A stretch of DNA of 61,440 nt, filler included. It is 6 parts of 6 records of this genome, joined end to end, with 100 filler letters (N's around TTAATTAATTAA, not from the genome) between each part and the next. Parts side by side here need not be neighbours in the genome. Positions count along the whole stretch, not along the records: positions 5,366 to 25,502 come from SRR31156797_2648; 5 more parts are not named here. The stretch is one strand, 5' to 3'. Shown here piece by piece: positions 10,644-21,400 of this stretch (position 1 is the first letter of the stretch; every line of letters starts with the position of its first letter). Position numbers and translations under genes: made by a program. The notes under the pieces were generated by a model. It saw only the letters and a list, made by a program, of their open reading frames with translations, was not told the origin of the DNA and did not search any database.

Positions 10644-11859
10644 TTTAAGTAATTGGCAGGAAATTATCAGCACCATGAAAAAGAACAAGCTGAGATCTTT
10701 CTTAACAGGTTTCAGCGTGTTTTGGGGTATTTTTATTCTGGTCATTTTATTAGGTGCAGGCAAAGGCTTGGAACGTGGTGTTATGCACAACTTTAGCGAT
10801 GCCCGTAATAGTGTATTTTTATGGGGTGGACAAACTTCTATTGCTCATGACGGACTTAATGTTGGAAGAAGAATACAATTGAAGGATGAAGATTTAGAAT
10901 TAATTCAGAAGACTGTACCAGAAATTGAACACTTAGGTGGTAGATATGGCATGTATAGTTCACTAGTTAATTACAAGCAAGAATACGGAACTTTTCAGGT
11001 TTTGGCGATCTTAGAAGGCTATCAACATATTGAAGCAATTAGAATAACAGAAGGTAGAAAGCTTAATGCAAGTGATATGGCTGAAGCCAGAAAAGTAGCT
11101 GTAATTGGTCGCAGAGCAAAAGAGCAGTTGTGCAAAGATGAAAGTCCTATTGGAAAATACATGAATATACGAGGCATCCCACATAAAATTGTTGGCGTTT
11201 TTGATGATGTGCATGAAGGAGAAACGGAGCGTTTTTATATTCCTCTACCGGTTGCCCAAAAAGTTTTTGGAGCTCGTCAGAATGTAGGAAACATTTCTTT
11301 TACCACAGGAACAGACAATCTTGCCGAAAGCATGTCTATCATTAGTAAAGTAAGACAAACTTTAGCCAAAAAATACCGCTTTGACGAAACAGATAAAAGA
11401 GCATTGGGCGATTACAATGCTTTAGAAGATTATCAGCAAACGCAAGCCATTTTTACAGGCATAAGTCTTTTTGTAGGTATCATTGGTATATTCACCATTA
11501 TTGCTGGAATTGTAGGTGTGAGTAACATCATGATTATAGTTGTAAAGGAAAGAACTAAAGAAATTGGAATACGCAAAGCCATTGGTGCCTCTCCCAGTTC
11601 TGTAATTAATCTTATTCTGCAAGAAGCAATCGTGATTACCTCTATTGCAGGTTTCTTAGGCTTATTGTTTGGGGTGGGTATCCTTGAGCTGATTTCAGGA
11701 AATATGCCGGCTTCTGATTTCTTTAGAAATCCGGGTGTAGATTTTAATATAGCTATTGGAGCAGCATTACTTATCATTTTTGCAGGTGCACTTGCCGGAT
11801 ATATTCCAGCCCGCAGAGCTTCCCGTATTAAACCTATTGTTGCCTTACGCGACGAATAA
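10636..11859 (+). CDS. ABC transporter permease, MacB/FtsX family
   Basis: N-terminal TM, periplasmic domain, VKERTKEIGIRKAIGA, PARRAS.IKPIVALRDE. Confidence 0.93.
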   Translation: MLDLSNWQEIISTMKKNKLRSFLTGFSVFWGIFILVILLGAGKGLERGVMHNFSDARNSVFLWGGQTSIAHDGLNVGRRIQLKDEDLELIQKTVPEIEHLGGRYGMYSSLVNYKQEYGTFQVLAILEGYQHIEAIRITEGRKLNASDMAEARKVAVIGRRAKEQLCKDESPIGKYMNIRGIPHKIVGVFDDVHEGETERFYIPLPVAQKVFGARQNVGNISFTTGTDNLAESMSIISKVRQTLAKKYRFDETDKRALGDYNALEDYQQTQAIFTGISLFVGIIGIFTIIAGIVGVSNIMIIVVKERTKEIGIRKAIGASPSSVINLILQEAIVITSIAGFLGLLFGVGILELISGNMPASDFFRNPGVDFNIAIGAALLIIFAGALAGYIPARRASRIKPIVALRDE

Positions 11860-11870
11860 AACTTAGAACT

Positions 11871-13136
11871 ATGTTTGATATAGATAAATGGCAGGAAATA
11901 TTCTACACGCTAAAAAAGAACAGGCTAAGAACTATTCTTACCGGATTTGGAGTATTCTGGGGAATATTTATGCTCATGATAATGATGGGCGCCGGTACAG
12001 GTTTAGAAAATGGTGTGTATGCTAACATGGGCGACTTCGCTACAAACAGTATGTTTATTTGGACTCGACCAACCTCTAAACCCTATAAAGGATTCCCTCG
12101 TAATCGTAGGTTCTTTTTTAAATATGAGGATAAATATGCGATGGAAAGTAAAATTCCGGGTATTGACGTAATAGCTCCTAGAATGAATGGAGGAGGTTAC
12201 CGGGATGCCACAACCATTACACGTGGTCTTCAGCAAGGCTCCTATGAGGTGGGAGGTATTGTTCCACAGGAAAATCTGATTGACCCGGTTACTTTAACGC
12301 ATGGTAGATATATTAATCAGATTGATCTGGATAATACTCGCAAAGTGGTTGTAATTGGCAAACGGGTTTATGATGAACTATTTAAAGATGGCGAAGATCC
12401 ACTCAATCAGTATGTGAAAATTGGAGAGTTATATTTTCAGGTTATTGGAGCATTCGAATCGAAGCATTCAGGTAGATGGGGCGAAAACCAAAATGCCTCT
12501 GTGCTTATTCCGTTCTCTACCTGCCAAATTGTATATAATTACAACAATATAGTTGGACACTTTTCTATAACGGCTAAACCCGAATACGACATAATTGAAG
12601 TAGAAAAACAAGTAAAAACGCTATTGGCTGAACGACACGATGTACATCCGGAAGATGAAACTGCATTTGGCTCCAATAATGTTGGCGAAGAATTTAAAAA
12701 AATGAACGGCTTGTTTTTAGGTATAGATGTGCTGATTTGGTTTGTTGGTATCGGAACTTTGCTGGCAGGAATTATTGGAATTAGTAATATTATGCTTATT
12801 ATCATAAAAGAACGAACGCAAGAAATAGGAATTAAACGAGCCATTGGCGCTTCTCCATCCAATATTATTTCTTCGGTATTAACTGAGTCCGTTTTTTTAA
12901 CAGCAGTCGCCGGATTAATTGGGATGTTCTTTGGCGTATTTATTATTGAGCTTGTAAGTCAGGCCATTGGTTCATCACCTTCTGAGAGTTCTGGATTTGT
13001 CAATCCGCAAGTCGATTTTAAAGTGGCATTTTCCTCTTTATTAATTTTAATAGGTGCAGGCGTATTCGCTGGAATTATTCCATCGCGGCGGGCTATATCT
13101 ATTAAGCCAATTGAAGCCATTCGATCAGAAATTTAA
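11871..13136 (+). CDS. ABC transporter permease, MacB/FtsX family (paralogue)
   Basis: IKERTQEIGIKRAIGA, IKPIEAIRSE; same architecture as the preceding gene. Confidence 0.93.
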   Translation: MFDIDKWQEIFYTLKKNRLRTILTGFGVFWGIFMLMIMMGAGTGLENGVYANMGDFATNSMFIWTRPTSKPYKGFPRNRRFFFKYEDKYAMESKIPGIDVIAPRMNGGGYRDATTITRGLQQGSYEVGGIVPQENLIDPVTLTHGRYINQIDLDNTRKVVVIGKRVYDELFKDGEDPLNQYVKIGELYFQVIGAFESKHSGRWGENQNASVLIPFSTCQIVYNYNNIVGHFSITAKPEYDIIEVEKQVKTLLAERHDVHPEDETAFGSNNVGEEFKKMNGLFLGIDVLIWFVGIGTLLAGIIGISNIMLIIIKERTQEIGIKRAIGASPSNIISSVLTESVFLTAVAGLIGMFFGVFIIELVSQAIGSSPSESSGFVNPQVDFKVAFSSLLILIGAGVFAGIIPSRRAISIKPIEAIRSEI

Positions 13137-13174
13137 ATTAAAAGAATACAAACTAATAGTTAGATATCATCATC

Positions 13175-14257
13175 ATGAAAAAGGTTAGAAACATCATTTT
13201 TATAGTAATTGCCATAGTTGTTGTGGTTGGCGGTTTTTATTACTTATATGACAAGTCGAGCGAAAAAACTGTTGTATTTAATACTGAAACTGCAGAAGTA
13301 ACTAACATCATTAAAAAAACAGTAGCCACCGGTTCTGTTGTTCCTCGTAAAGAGATTGAAATAAAACCACAGGAATCAGGAATTATAACCGAAATATATG
13401 CTGAACCAGGCGATATGGTTAAAAAAGGAGATATTTTGGCTAAGGTTCAGATTATTCCTGAAATGGTTCAGGTAAATAGTGCTGAAAGCCAGCTAAACAA
13501 GGCAAAAATCAGATTTAAAAATGCCGAGATAGAATATAAACGCAAAAAAGAATTGTACCAAACCGGGGTAATTGCCGAATCAGAATACCTTGATGAAGTG
13601 ATGGCTTACGAAAATGCCAAAGAAGATGTGAATGCGGCTGATAATAATCTGCAACTGATTAAAGAGGGTGTAACTAAAAAAATGGGAGCGCAAACGAATA
13701 CGATTATCAGAGCAACCATAGAAGGAATGATATTGGATATTCCGGTTGAAGTAGGTAATTCTGTTATAAAAAGTAATACATTTAACGATGGTACCACTGT
13801 AGCGATATTAGCTGATATGGGCGAAATGATTTTTGAAGGCAAAGTGGATGAAACAGAAGTTGGCAAGATTAAAGAAGGAATGGATTTAGTATTATCTATT
13901 GGTGCTATTGAAGGCGAAAAATTTGATGCCAAACTGGAATACATTTCTCCTAAAGGTGTAGAAGAAAACGGAGCCATTCAGTTTGAAATTAAAGCGGATG
14001 TTAATCTAAAAGAGGGACAATTTATTCGTGCCGGTTATAGTGCCAATGCAGATATTGTGTTGGATCGCAGAGACAGCGTTTTAGCGATTAATGAAAAATT
14101 ATTACAGTTTCAAAACGATTCTGCTTTTATAGAAGTAGAAGTTGCTGAACAAATATTTGAGCGCAGAGAAGTGGAAACCGGCCTTTCTGATGGAATTCAG
14201 ATAGAGGTAAAGTCAGGTGTCGAAAAAGAAGATAAAATTAAAGTGCCACAATCGTAA
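13175..14257 (+). CDS. Efflux periplasmic adaptor subunit (MacA/HlyD family)
   Basis: N-terminal anchor, lipoyl-like motif EPGDMVKKGDIL, coiled-coil hairpin, TGLSDG. Confidence 0.92.
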   Translation: MKKVRNIIFIVIAIVVVVGGFYYLYDKSSEKTVVFNTETAEVTNIIKKTVATGSVVPRKEIEIKPQESGIITEIYAEPGDMVKKGDILAKVQIIPEMVQVNSAESQLNKAKIRFKNAEIEYKRKKELYQTGVIAESEYLDEVMAYENAKEDVNAADNNLQLIKEGVTKKMGAQTNTIIRATIEGMILDIPVEVGNSVIKSNTFNDGTTVAILADMGEMIFEGKVDETEVGKIKEGMDLVLSIGAIEGEKFDAKLEYISPKGVEENGAIQFEIKADVNLKEGQFIRAGYSANADIVLDRRDSVLAINEKLLQFQNDSAFIEVEVAEQIFERREVETGLSDGIQIEVKSGVEKEDKIKVPQS

Positions 14258-14293
14258 TCAATTAAGCATTCTAAACCAACTAAAGTTATATCA

Positions 14294-15631
14294 ATGATTC
14301 AAAAAATAATACCTACTGTGTTAGCTTTGTTTTTAATACATGCTACAGCTACCTCAGCACAGGAAACCTGGACCCTGGAGAAATGTATTAATTATGCTTT
14401 TGAGAACAATATCTCCATAAAAAGACAGGAAATTAGTGCGGACATTCAGAAAAATCAACTTAACCAAAGTAAATTAAACCGCTTACCTAGTCTGAGTGCT
14501 CAATCTAGTTATGGGCACAATTATGGATATACCTGGATTCAGGAAAAAGGAACAAATGTAGATGCCAATACCCAATCATTTAATCTAGGAATTGGAGCTT
14601 CTGTAAATGTTTTTAGTGGCTTGTATAATGCCAACACGATTAAAAAAAATCAATTTGATTTAATGGCTGCGACTTCTCTAACAGAAGAGCTGAGAAATAA
14701 TATTGCATTGCAGATTACTGGACAGTATTTACAGATTTTATTCGATAAGGAATTATTAAACGTAGCTAAAGAACAATACAATGTTACTAATCAACAGGTT
14801 GAACGAACTAAGAAATTAGTAGATGCTGGTAGTCAGGCAAAGGGTAGTTATTTGGAGATGAAATCACAGGCTGCTAAAGAAGCGCTTACTGTTACTCAGC
14901 AGGCCAATAGTTTGTCACTATCCTTATTAAATCTGGCTCAATTATTAGATCTGGAAGAAGTGAGTGGTTTTGACATTATTTCTCCGGAAATTCCGGAAAT
15001 GGAAGAATTAAAATTAGACAAGCCTGGAGCTGTTTACAATACTGCTCTGGACATCATGCCTCAAATAAAAGGAGCCGATTACAGACTGGAAAGTTCAAAG
15101 GTAGATGTTGACATTGCCAAAAGTGCTTACTATCCAAGTCTGGATTTGGATGGCAATTGGGGAGCGAGAGCCAACTGGTTAATTGATGATCCGAAAGGAC
15201 TGAACCGCTCGTTAAGTGATCAAATTAACTCTACTAAGAGCACCTATATAGGCGCCACCTTGAGAGTACCAATTTTCAATAAATTCCAAACTCGTAGTCA
15301 GGTTAAAAACGCACGCATCCGGGTATTGGATGCAGAATTTTCTCTTGATCAGGAAAAATTAGCTTTAAGAAAAGAGATACAGCAAGCTTATGCTGATGCC
15401 TTAGCAGCATACAACAAATACATTTCCAGCTCAGAAGCTGTAAACTCTTATAAAGAGTCTTTCCGGTATACCGAACAAAAATTTAATGTAGGGATTGTAA
15501 ACTCAGTAGATTATAATGTGGCTAAAACAGATTATATGAGAGCGCAATCTGATTTAATACAATCAAAATATGAATATATCCTAAGAAATAAAATCCTTGA
15601 CTTTTATAAAGGGATTCCAATAGAACTCTAA
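14294..15631 (+). CDS. TolC family outer-membrane efflux protein
   Basis: Signal peptide, WTLEKCINYAFENN, YYPSL, duplicated OEP repeats. Confidence 0.92.
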   Translation: MIQKIIPTVLALFLIHATATSAQETWTLEKCINYAFENNISIKRQEISADIQKNQLNQSKLNRLPSLSAQSSYGHNYGYTWIQEKGTNVDANTQSFNLGIGASVNVFSGLYNANTIKKNQFDLMAATSLTEELRNNIALQITGQYLQILFDKELLNVAKEQYNVTNQQVERTKKLVDAGSQAKGSYLEMKSQAAKEALTVTQQANSLSLSLLNLAQLLDLEEVSGFDIISPEIPEMEELKLDKPGAVYNTALDIMPQIKGADYRLESSKVDVDIAKSAYYPSLDLDGNWGARANWLIDDPKGLNRSLSDQINSTKSTYIGATLRVPIFNKFQTRSQVKNARIRVLDAEFSLDQEKLALRKEIQQAYADALAAYNKYISSSEAVNSYKESFRYTEQKFNVGIVNSVDYNVAKTDYMRAQSDLIQSKYEYILRNKILDFYKGIPIEL

Positions 15632-15702
15632 ACTATTTTTCCTGTGTTCGACTTTCATTTTCATCGAACACAGGTAATTATTGTGTTGGTTTAATAATTG
15701 TT

Positions 15703-15740
15703 AGCACCTGCTTCCCCTGGGGAGTGGGTGCTTTGCTTTT
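15703..15740 (+). terminator. Rho-independent terminator after tolC (a second hairpin lies at 15641-15674)
   Basis: AGCACCTGCTTCCC-CTG-GGGAGTGGGTGCT followed by TTGCTTTT; upstream CCTGTGTTCGA...TCGAACACAGG. Confidence 0.7.
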
Positions 15741-15789
15741 ATGCGTAACTAAAATTATAGGATTAAAATACATGACTCATATAAATCGC

Positions 15790-15797
15790 TAATTTTG
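15790..15797 (+). promoter_or_regulatory. Bacteroidota -7 promoter box in front of selU
   Basis: TAATTTTG matches the TAnnTTTG consensus, 5 nt before the ATG at 15803. Confidence 0.55.
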
Positions 15798-15802
15798 TAT
15801 CC

Positions 15803-16858
15803 ATGACAGATATTCAAATTGATCAGTATTTTCAACTATACCAACATTATCCTTTAATTGACGTTCGTTCTCCCGGAGAATTTGAAAAAGGTCATATTCC
15901 GGGTGCTTTTAATATTCCACTTTTTAGTAATGATGAAAGAGCCCATGTAGGTACTGTTTATAAAAATGAAGGACAGGACAAAGCCATTGAATTGGGCTAT
16001 CAATATGTAACACCTAAATTACAATGGTTTGTTGATGAATCCTTAAAAATTGCTCCGGATAAAAAAGTGATAGTACACTGTTGGAGAGGTGGAATGCGCA
16101 GTCACTCGTTTGCAAAACATCTTATCGACAATGGTTTTCAAGATGTAAAAGTCATTACGAAAGGATATAAAGCCTTTAGAAATTTTGTACTGAATTTATT
16201 TGAAAAAGAAGTTGATTTAAAAGTAATTGGCGGCTTTACCGGGAGCGGAAAAACACACATCCTTCATCAGTTACAGCAAATGAACTGTCAGGTAGTAGAT
16301 TTAGAAAAAATTGCCAAACACAAAGGTTCAGCATTTGGGAGTATTGGCGAGGATCAACAACCTACGGTAGAACAATTTGAAAACAATTTGTTTTTGCAAT
16401 GGTATCAACTCGATTTTAACAAACCTGTATATGTGGAGGATGAAAGTCATAGCATTGGAGGAGTTAAAATTCCAATGTCGCTGTACAAAAAAATTAGAGA
16501 AAGCCGAGTTTACTTTCTGCATATACCCAAAGAAAAAAGAGCCAAATTATTAGTCGATGACTATGCTCGTTTCGACAATCAATTATTGAAAAATGGCATT
16601 TTAAAAATTACCAAAAAGTTAGGAGGATTGGTCACACAACAAGCCTTGGAAGCACTGGATAGTGAAAACTATTTTGATGTAGCCATGCTTGCACTAAATT
16701 ATTACGACAAATCATATTTAAGAGGTGTGGAACGAAGAAAAAAAGACTTAATTGAACCCATAGATCTCAATGAATCAGACCCTAAAAAAAATGCCATTTT
16801 CTTAAAAAATTATATTGAGAAGAATACGATTATAAATCAACATACCTCATCTTTTTAG
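15803..16858 (+). CDS. mnmH: tRNA 2-selenouridine(34) synthase (SelU/MnmH)
   Basis: Rhodanese domain DVRSPGEF..GHIPGA and CWRGGMRS, P-loop GFTGSGKT, HKGSAFG; adjacent to selD. Confidence 0.94.
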   Translation: MTDIQIDQYFQLYQHYPLIDVRSPGEFEKGHIPGAFNIPLFSNDERAHVGTVYKNEGQDKAIELGYQYVTPKLQWFVDESLKIAPDKKVIVHCWRGGMRSHSFAKHLIDNGFQDVKVITKGYKAFRNFVLNLFEKEVDLKVIGGFTGSGKTHILHQLQQMNCQVVDLEKIAKHKGSAFGSIGEDQQPTVEQFENNLFLQWYQLDFNKPVYVEDESHSIGGVKIPMSLYKKIRESRVYFLHIPKEKRAKLLVDDYARFDNQLLKNGILKITKKLGGLVTQQALEALDSENYFDVAMLALNYYDKSYLRGVERRKKDLIEPIDLNESDPKKNAIFLKNYIEKNTIINQHTSSF

Positions 16859-16909
16859 CATCCATAGAACATTTAAGTAAAATAAAAATTGATTCAAACT
16901 TCAAAATAA

Positions 16910-17944
16910 ATGAACGACATAAAACTAACACAATATAGCCACGGTGCAGGTTGCGGATGTAAAATATCACCGAAAGTACTGGACTCCATGCTGGCAAGCA
17001 ATATTAATCCTATTAAAGATGCCCGTTTAATTGTTGGAAACGAAAGTCGTGATGACGCTGCCGTTTACGATTTGGGTGATGGCACGGGAATTATCAGCAC
17101 AACTGATTTTTTTATGCCGATTGTTGATGACCCATTTGCTTTTGGTAAGATTGCTGCAGCCAATGCTATTAGTGATGTATATGCCATGGGCGGATCACCT
17201 TTAATGGCCATTGCAATTTTAGGTTGGCCTATTAATAAGTTATCTCCGGAGGTGGCTCAACAAGTTTTAGACGGTGGTCGTGAAGCCTGTAAAGATGCAG
17301 GGATATTGTTGGCCGGAGGACATAGCATTGACAGTCCTGAACCTATTTTCGGATTAGCTGTAACCGGGAAAGTAGATTTATCGCAATTAAAAAGAAACGA
17401 CACTGCTACTAAAGGATGCAAATTATACCTGACAAAACCATTGGGTGTCGGCATATTAACTACTGCTCAGAAAAAGAAATTATTAAAACCGGAACATCAG
17501 CACATAGCTCCTGATTCGATGAGTAAACTTAACAAAATTGGGGCTGAAGTAGCTAAGATAAATGGAGTAAAAGCCATGACTGATGTTACCGGTTTTGGTC
17601 TGTTAGGGCATCTTTGCGAAATTTGCGAAGGGAGCGAACTTTCAGCCCATATTGACTATCATAAAGTTCCCCGATTCTCTGAAGTGAAAGAATATATTGA
17701 TTTAGAATGCATCCCGGGAGGAACGCATCGAAATTGGGACAGTTTTGGAAACAAGATTCAACTGGATAATGAAGAGCTAAAACTACTATTGTGCGATCCA
17801 CAAACTAGCGGTGGTTTAATGATAGCCGTTGAACCTGCTTTTTCTGATGAATTGGAAAGTCTACTCACAGAAAATAGATATCAAGCTATTCCTTTTGGCG
17901 AACTCATCGAGAGCAAAGACAAACTCGTGTTTGTTAATGAATAA
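16910..17944 (+). CDS. selD: Selenophosphate synthetase (Cys form)
   Basis: [46 protein letters not shown]; no in-frame TGA. Confidence 0.96.
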   Translation: MNDIKLTQYSHGAGCGCKISPKVLDSMLASNINPIKDARLIVGNESRDDAAVYDLGDGTGIISTTDFFMPIVDDPFAFGKIAAANAISDVYAMGGSPLMAIAILGWPINKLSPEVAQQVLDGGREACKDAGILLAGGHSIDSPEPIFGLAVTGKVDLSQLKRNDTATKGCKLYLTKPLGVGILTTAQKKKLLKPEHQHIAPDSMSKLNKIGAEVAKINGVKAMTDVTGFGLLGHLCEICEGSELSAHIDYHKVPRFSEVKEYIDLECIPGGTHRNWDSFGNKIQLDNEELKLLLCDPQTSGGLMIAVEPAFSDELESLLTENRYQAIPFGELIESKDKLVFVNE

Positions 17945-18066
17945 AAGGAAATTCAAATTCGTTGGATTTTATTTAAAATAACAATCCTCCAGCTTATAAT
18001 TCTTGTTATATTGCATTGGATTAAAACATTACATCCAATTCTTTTGAAAGTTAAAGTTATAATAAG

Positions 18067-19326
18067 ATGAAAAAATCAATTCTTTACCCCTTACTCGGAT
18101 TAGTTGTTATAATAATTTTACTTGTTGTAGCTAAAAAAGCAGGATGGATTGGAGGTGAATTCAGGCATAAGGTAACTATTGAAGAAGCTAAAACCCGAAC
18201 AATAACCGAAACCATTACAGCCAACGGAAAAATTAAACCTGAAGTTGAAGTAAAAGTTTCCTCTGATGTTTCGGGAGAAATATTAGAATTAACAGTGAAA
18301 GAAGGCGACGAAGTGATTAAGGGACAAATATTAGCAAAAATACAACCCGACATTTATCAACGTCACCTTGAAAAGATGCAAGCTTCTTTAAGATCATCTG
18401 AAGCTAATCTGGCTCAGGCCGAAGCACAGTTTTCTCAAAAAGAATTGGCTTATCAACGAAATAAAAAGCTTTGGGAAGAGGAAACAATAGCCGAATCTGA
18501 ATATGAAAGGATATTGGCAGAATACAATGTAGCCAAAGCCAGTGTTCAAGCATCAAAAGCATCTTTAATCAATGCAAGAGCTTCATTGAATGAGGCGAAA
18601 GATAACCTTTCGAAAACAACTATTTATGCACCTATGGCCGGAACAATTTCCCGCTTAAATGTGGAAAAAGGAGAAAGGGTTGTAGGTACGGCGCAATTTG
18701 AAGGTACAGCAATGATGACCATTGCCAACTTAAATAATATGGAAGTTGTGGTTGATGTAAACGAAAACGATATTATTAGAGTTAGTTTTAGAGATACAGC
18801 CCTTATTGAAGTGGACGCCTATCTTAAACAGAAGTTTAAAGGTATTGTTACCGAGATTGCCAATTCTGCCAAAACGCAAGGAAGTTCCGATCAGGTTACT
18901 GATTTTGAAGTGAAGATTTTAATCTTACCAAAATCTTATCAAGAATTAATTAAAGATAAAGGAAGTAATTTTTACCCTTTCAGGCCGGGGATGTCTGCTA
19001 CTGTTGATATTCAAACCAATACGCAAACTAATATCTTAACCATACCCATTCAATCGGTTACCACCAGACAAGATACAGCAAAAGTAGATTCTATTGATCA
19101 CAAAATAACTGATGAAAAAATAGAAGTAGTATTTGTTGAAAACCAAGGAACGATAGAGCAAAGAAAGGTTGAACCCGGTATTCAGGACACCAAATACATT
19201 GAAATTATTAATGGACTAGAGGAAGGCGAAAAGGTAATTAGCGGACCTTATAGTGCTATTTCTAAAAAATTGAATAACGGTGATTTGGTTGAAGTTGTTG
19301 ACCAGTTATTTGAAAATAAAAAGTAG
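18067..19326 (+). CDS. Efflux RND/ABC periplasmic adaptor subunit
   Basis: N-terminal anchor, VKEGDEVIKGQ lipoyl-like motif, long coiled coil, FRPGMSATVDI. Confidence 0.92.
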   Translation: MKKSILYPLLGLVVIIILLVVAKKAGWIGGEFRHKVTIEEAKTRTITETITANGKIKPEVEVKVSSDVSGEILELTVKEGDEVIKGQILAKIQPDIYQRHLEKMQASLRSSEANLAQAEAQFSQKELAYQRNKKLWEEETIAESEYERILAEYNVAKASVQASKASLINARASLNEAKDNLSKTTIYAPMAGTISRLNVEKGERVVGTAQFEGTAMMTIANLNNMEVVVDVNENDIIRVSFRDTALIEVDAYLKQKFKGIVTEIANSAKTQGSSDQVTDFEVKILILPKSYQELIKDKGSNFYPFRPGMSATVDIQTNTQTNILTIPIQSVTTRQDTAKVDSIDHKITDEKIEVVFVENQGTIEQRKVEPGIQDTKYIEIINGLEEGEKVISGPYSAISKKLNNGDLVEVVDQLFENKK

Positions 19327-19414
19327 AAGATATTTATTAAAAAACCTGCCTTGATCGTATAAAACAACCAAGGCCAGCTTACTCATTAAATGTATATTCA
19401 GACTGCGAGCGCTT

Positions 19415-19921
19415 TTAGCGCATTGCAAAATATTCTTCTGCTGACGAAATTTCTCCGCTGCTCTTAAGCTGCGCCAGTTTTTTCATTTCCTTTGTTACCT
19501 TTACTTTGTTGGTTGGATTATTACAATAAGATATAAAAGATTCGATAGCTTGTTTTTCAACCTTATCATCTACTACTTCCACTTCTTTTTCCAATACAAC
19601 TTTTGCAAAACAAGTGATGTAAATTCCAATCAAATCTTCCTTTTCTTCAGTAATGCTTTTAATATTTTCACTTACCGAAAAATCGTAAGCCGGATTTCCA
19701 TTTAACCATCTTGTAATAAAATCTGTAGCTGCAGTTCGTTCTGCATCTTTTTTATCAAAAGGAGTCATTAATAAATAATAACTACAATCTAATACTTGCT
19801 CAGCATATTCTTGATAATCTGCATCAGACTCAAATTTTACCTCATTTAAATGTGCGAATTGAGCATTTGCCCATGTTCCAGCTAACATTGCTATTAATAA
19901 AATAATCGTTGACTTTTTCAT
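19415..19921 (-). CDS. Secreted hypothetical protein
   Basis: Signal peptide ending ANA-Q; helical 168-aa protein; convergent with the adaptor gene. Confidence 0.75.
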   Translation of the reverse strand: MKKSTIILLIAMLAGTWANAQFAHLNEVKFESDADYQEYAEQVLDCSYYLLMTPFDKKDAERTAATDFITRWLNGNPAYDFSVSENIKSITEEKEDLIGIYITCFAKVVLEKEVEVVDDKVEKQAIESFISYCNNPTNKVKVTKEMKKLAQLKSSGEISSAEEYFAMR

Positions 19922-20014
19922 TTCTCTTTCTTTTAAAAGTCGCTTCTATTGAAGCATCTTTTTTGTTATGTATTGTCTTTATAGCGTAACTAGCTGAAAT
20001 AGTTTTGATTGCTT

Positions 20015-20043
20015 GATAAATGTTCGATATTGTACGGTGAATG
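20015..20043 (-). promoter_or_regulatory. Possible LytTR-type direct repeat upstream of 19921
   Basis: Minus-strand CATTCACC and CATTTATC with starts 21 bp apart. Confidence 0.4.
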
Positions 20044-20301
20044 GTTAAAATATTTATGTAAATACCAAACTAGCTAAATGCCATATTTATAGGTTTTTAA
20101 GCATTTTACTATCTAATTTAGAGAACTTTTGAACATTATATCCTCCAGTTTGAAGAACAAATTAAAACTTGACTTCGCTGGATTTTGGAATGGGCGTAAA
20201 GAGCAGAATCTAGTATAAAACCAAGGTTCATTGATATAAACATTTACCTTTGTATCCCCATAGACCTGATTACCCATTTTCAAAGAATAAACAAACATAA
20301 C

Positions 20302-21129
20302 ATGTTGGATTTTAAAATAGACGAAGCAAAGTGTACCCAATGCGGCATCTGTTCAAAAGAATGCCCTACCCTTATTATAGATGGAAAGATGGGACTTCCT
20401 GAAATTAAAGAAGGAAAAGAAAAAAACTGTATTAAATGCCAGCACTGCCTGGCGGTCTGCCCTACCGGAGCTTTATCCATCTTTGGAAAAGATCCAGAAG
20501 CTAGCATCCCGGTTAACGGAAATATTCCTGAAGCTTCAGCGTTAGAAAGTCTGATCAAAACCCGACGTTCTATCCGCCGATTTAAAAACGATGAATTACC
20601 CAAAAGTCAGATAAAGCAATTGTTGGAAGTTGCCGCTTATGCTCCTACCGGACATAATAAAAACCAGGTACTCTTATCGGTAACCGAAACCAAAGAAGAG
20701 CTGAACAAAGTTCGTTCGCTGGTATACAATGCAATCAAAAAAGTAAAAGAAGAAGGAACATTAAGCCCGGCTCTAACCATGTATGGCAACTTTCAGAGTT
20801 TATGGGAAGATAAGGGCGTTGATGTGTTATTTAGAAATGCCCCTCATTTTATTGTGGCTTCTGCTCCGGAATCAAACCCAAATGCTGTTGCTGACTGTGT
20901 AATTTCGATGAGTTATTTTGAGCTAATGGCAAATACCATGGGAATCGGAACGCTTTGGGATGGTTTAGCCAAAGCTGTGTTTGAACATATTGCACCGAAA
21001 CTAAAAGAACAACTGGGTATTCCTGCCGACCATACTATTGGATATATGATGGTATTTGGTTTACCGGCAATTAAGTTCGCCCGTTCCATTCAAAGTGATG
21101 GTTTGCATTTAAATAAAATCAAGTTATAG
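20302..21129 (+). CDS. Nitroreductase family protein with N-terminal 2x[4Fe-4S] ferredoxin domain
   Basis: CTQCGICSKECP and CIKCQHCLAVCP; RRSIR and APTGHN; TACCTTTG promoter box at 20245. Confidence 0.9.
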   Translation: MLDFKIDEAKCTQCGICSKECPTLIIDGKMGLPEIKEGKEKNCIKCQHCLAVCPTGALSIFGKDPEASIPVNGNIPEASALESLIKTRRSIRRFKNDELPKSQIKQLLEVAAYAPTGHNKNQVLLSVTETKEELNKVRSLVYNAIKKVKEEGTLSPALTMYGNFQSLWEDKGVDVLFRNAPHFIVASAPESNPNAVADCVISMSYFELMANTMGIGTLWDGLAKAVFEHIAPKLKEQLGIPADHTIGYMMVFGLPAIKFARSIQSDGLHLNKIKL

Positions 21130-21143
21130 TATAAAAGTTATAT

Positions 21144-21192
21144 CGGTTTTGTTATAAATCAGCAAGTAGCTTTTATAACAAAACCGTTTCAT
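21144..21192 (+). terminator. Hairpin terminator after the ferredoxin-nitroreductase
   Basis: CGGTTTTGTTATAAA...TTTATAACAAAACCG inverted repeat followed by T-rich sequence. Confidence 0.6.
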
Positions 21193-21400
21193 TCTTTTTT
21201 ATCCTTTCACCTTTTTCCTTCAATTAACATCTTGTTAAGATCGTTTCTTTTACAAAGCTTATACTTTTACGGATAACATTATTCAGAGATAAAAACGAAT
21301 CTCTTCACCATGAAACGAACCATGAGTATATTTTTCTCACACAGGGAATTATTCAAATATAGAGAATTCCATCTGACAATTAAAAGCAAATAATAAGCAG

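Noticed and set aside
16910-17944. Possible selenocysteine recoding in SelD or its neighbours
   Set aside because: The active site is encoded as TGC/TGT (CGCK); no in-frame TGA extension, SECIS or tRNA-Sec was recognised
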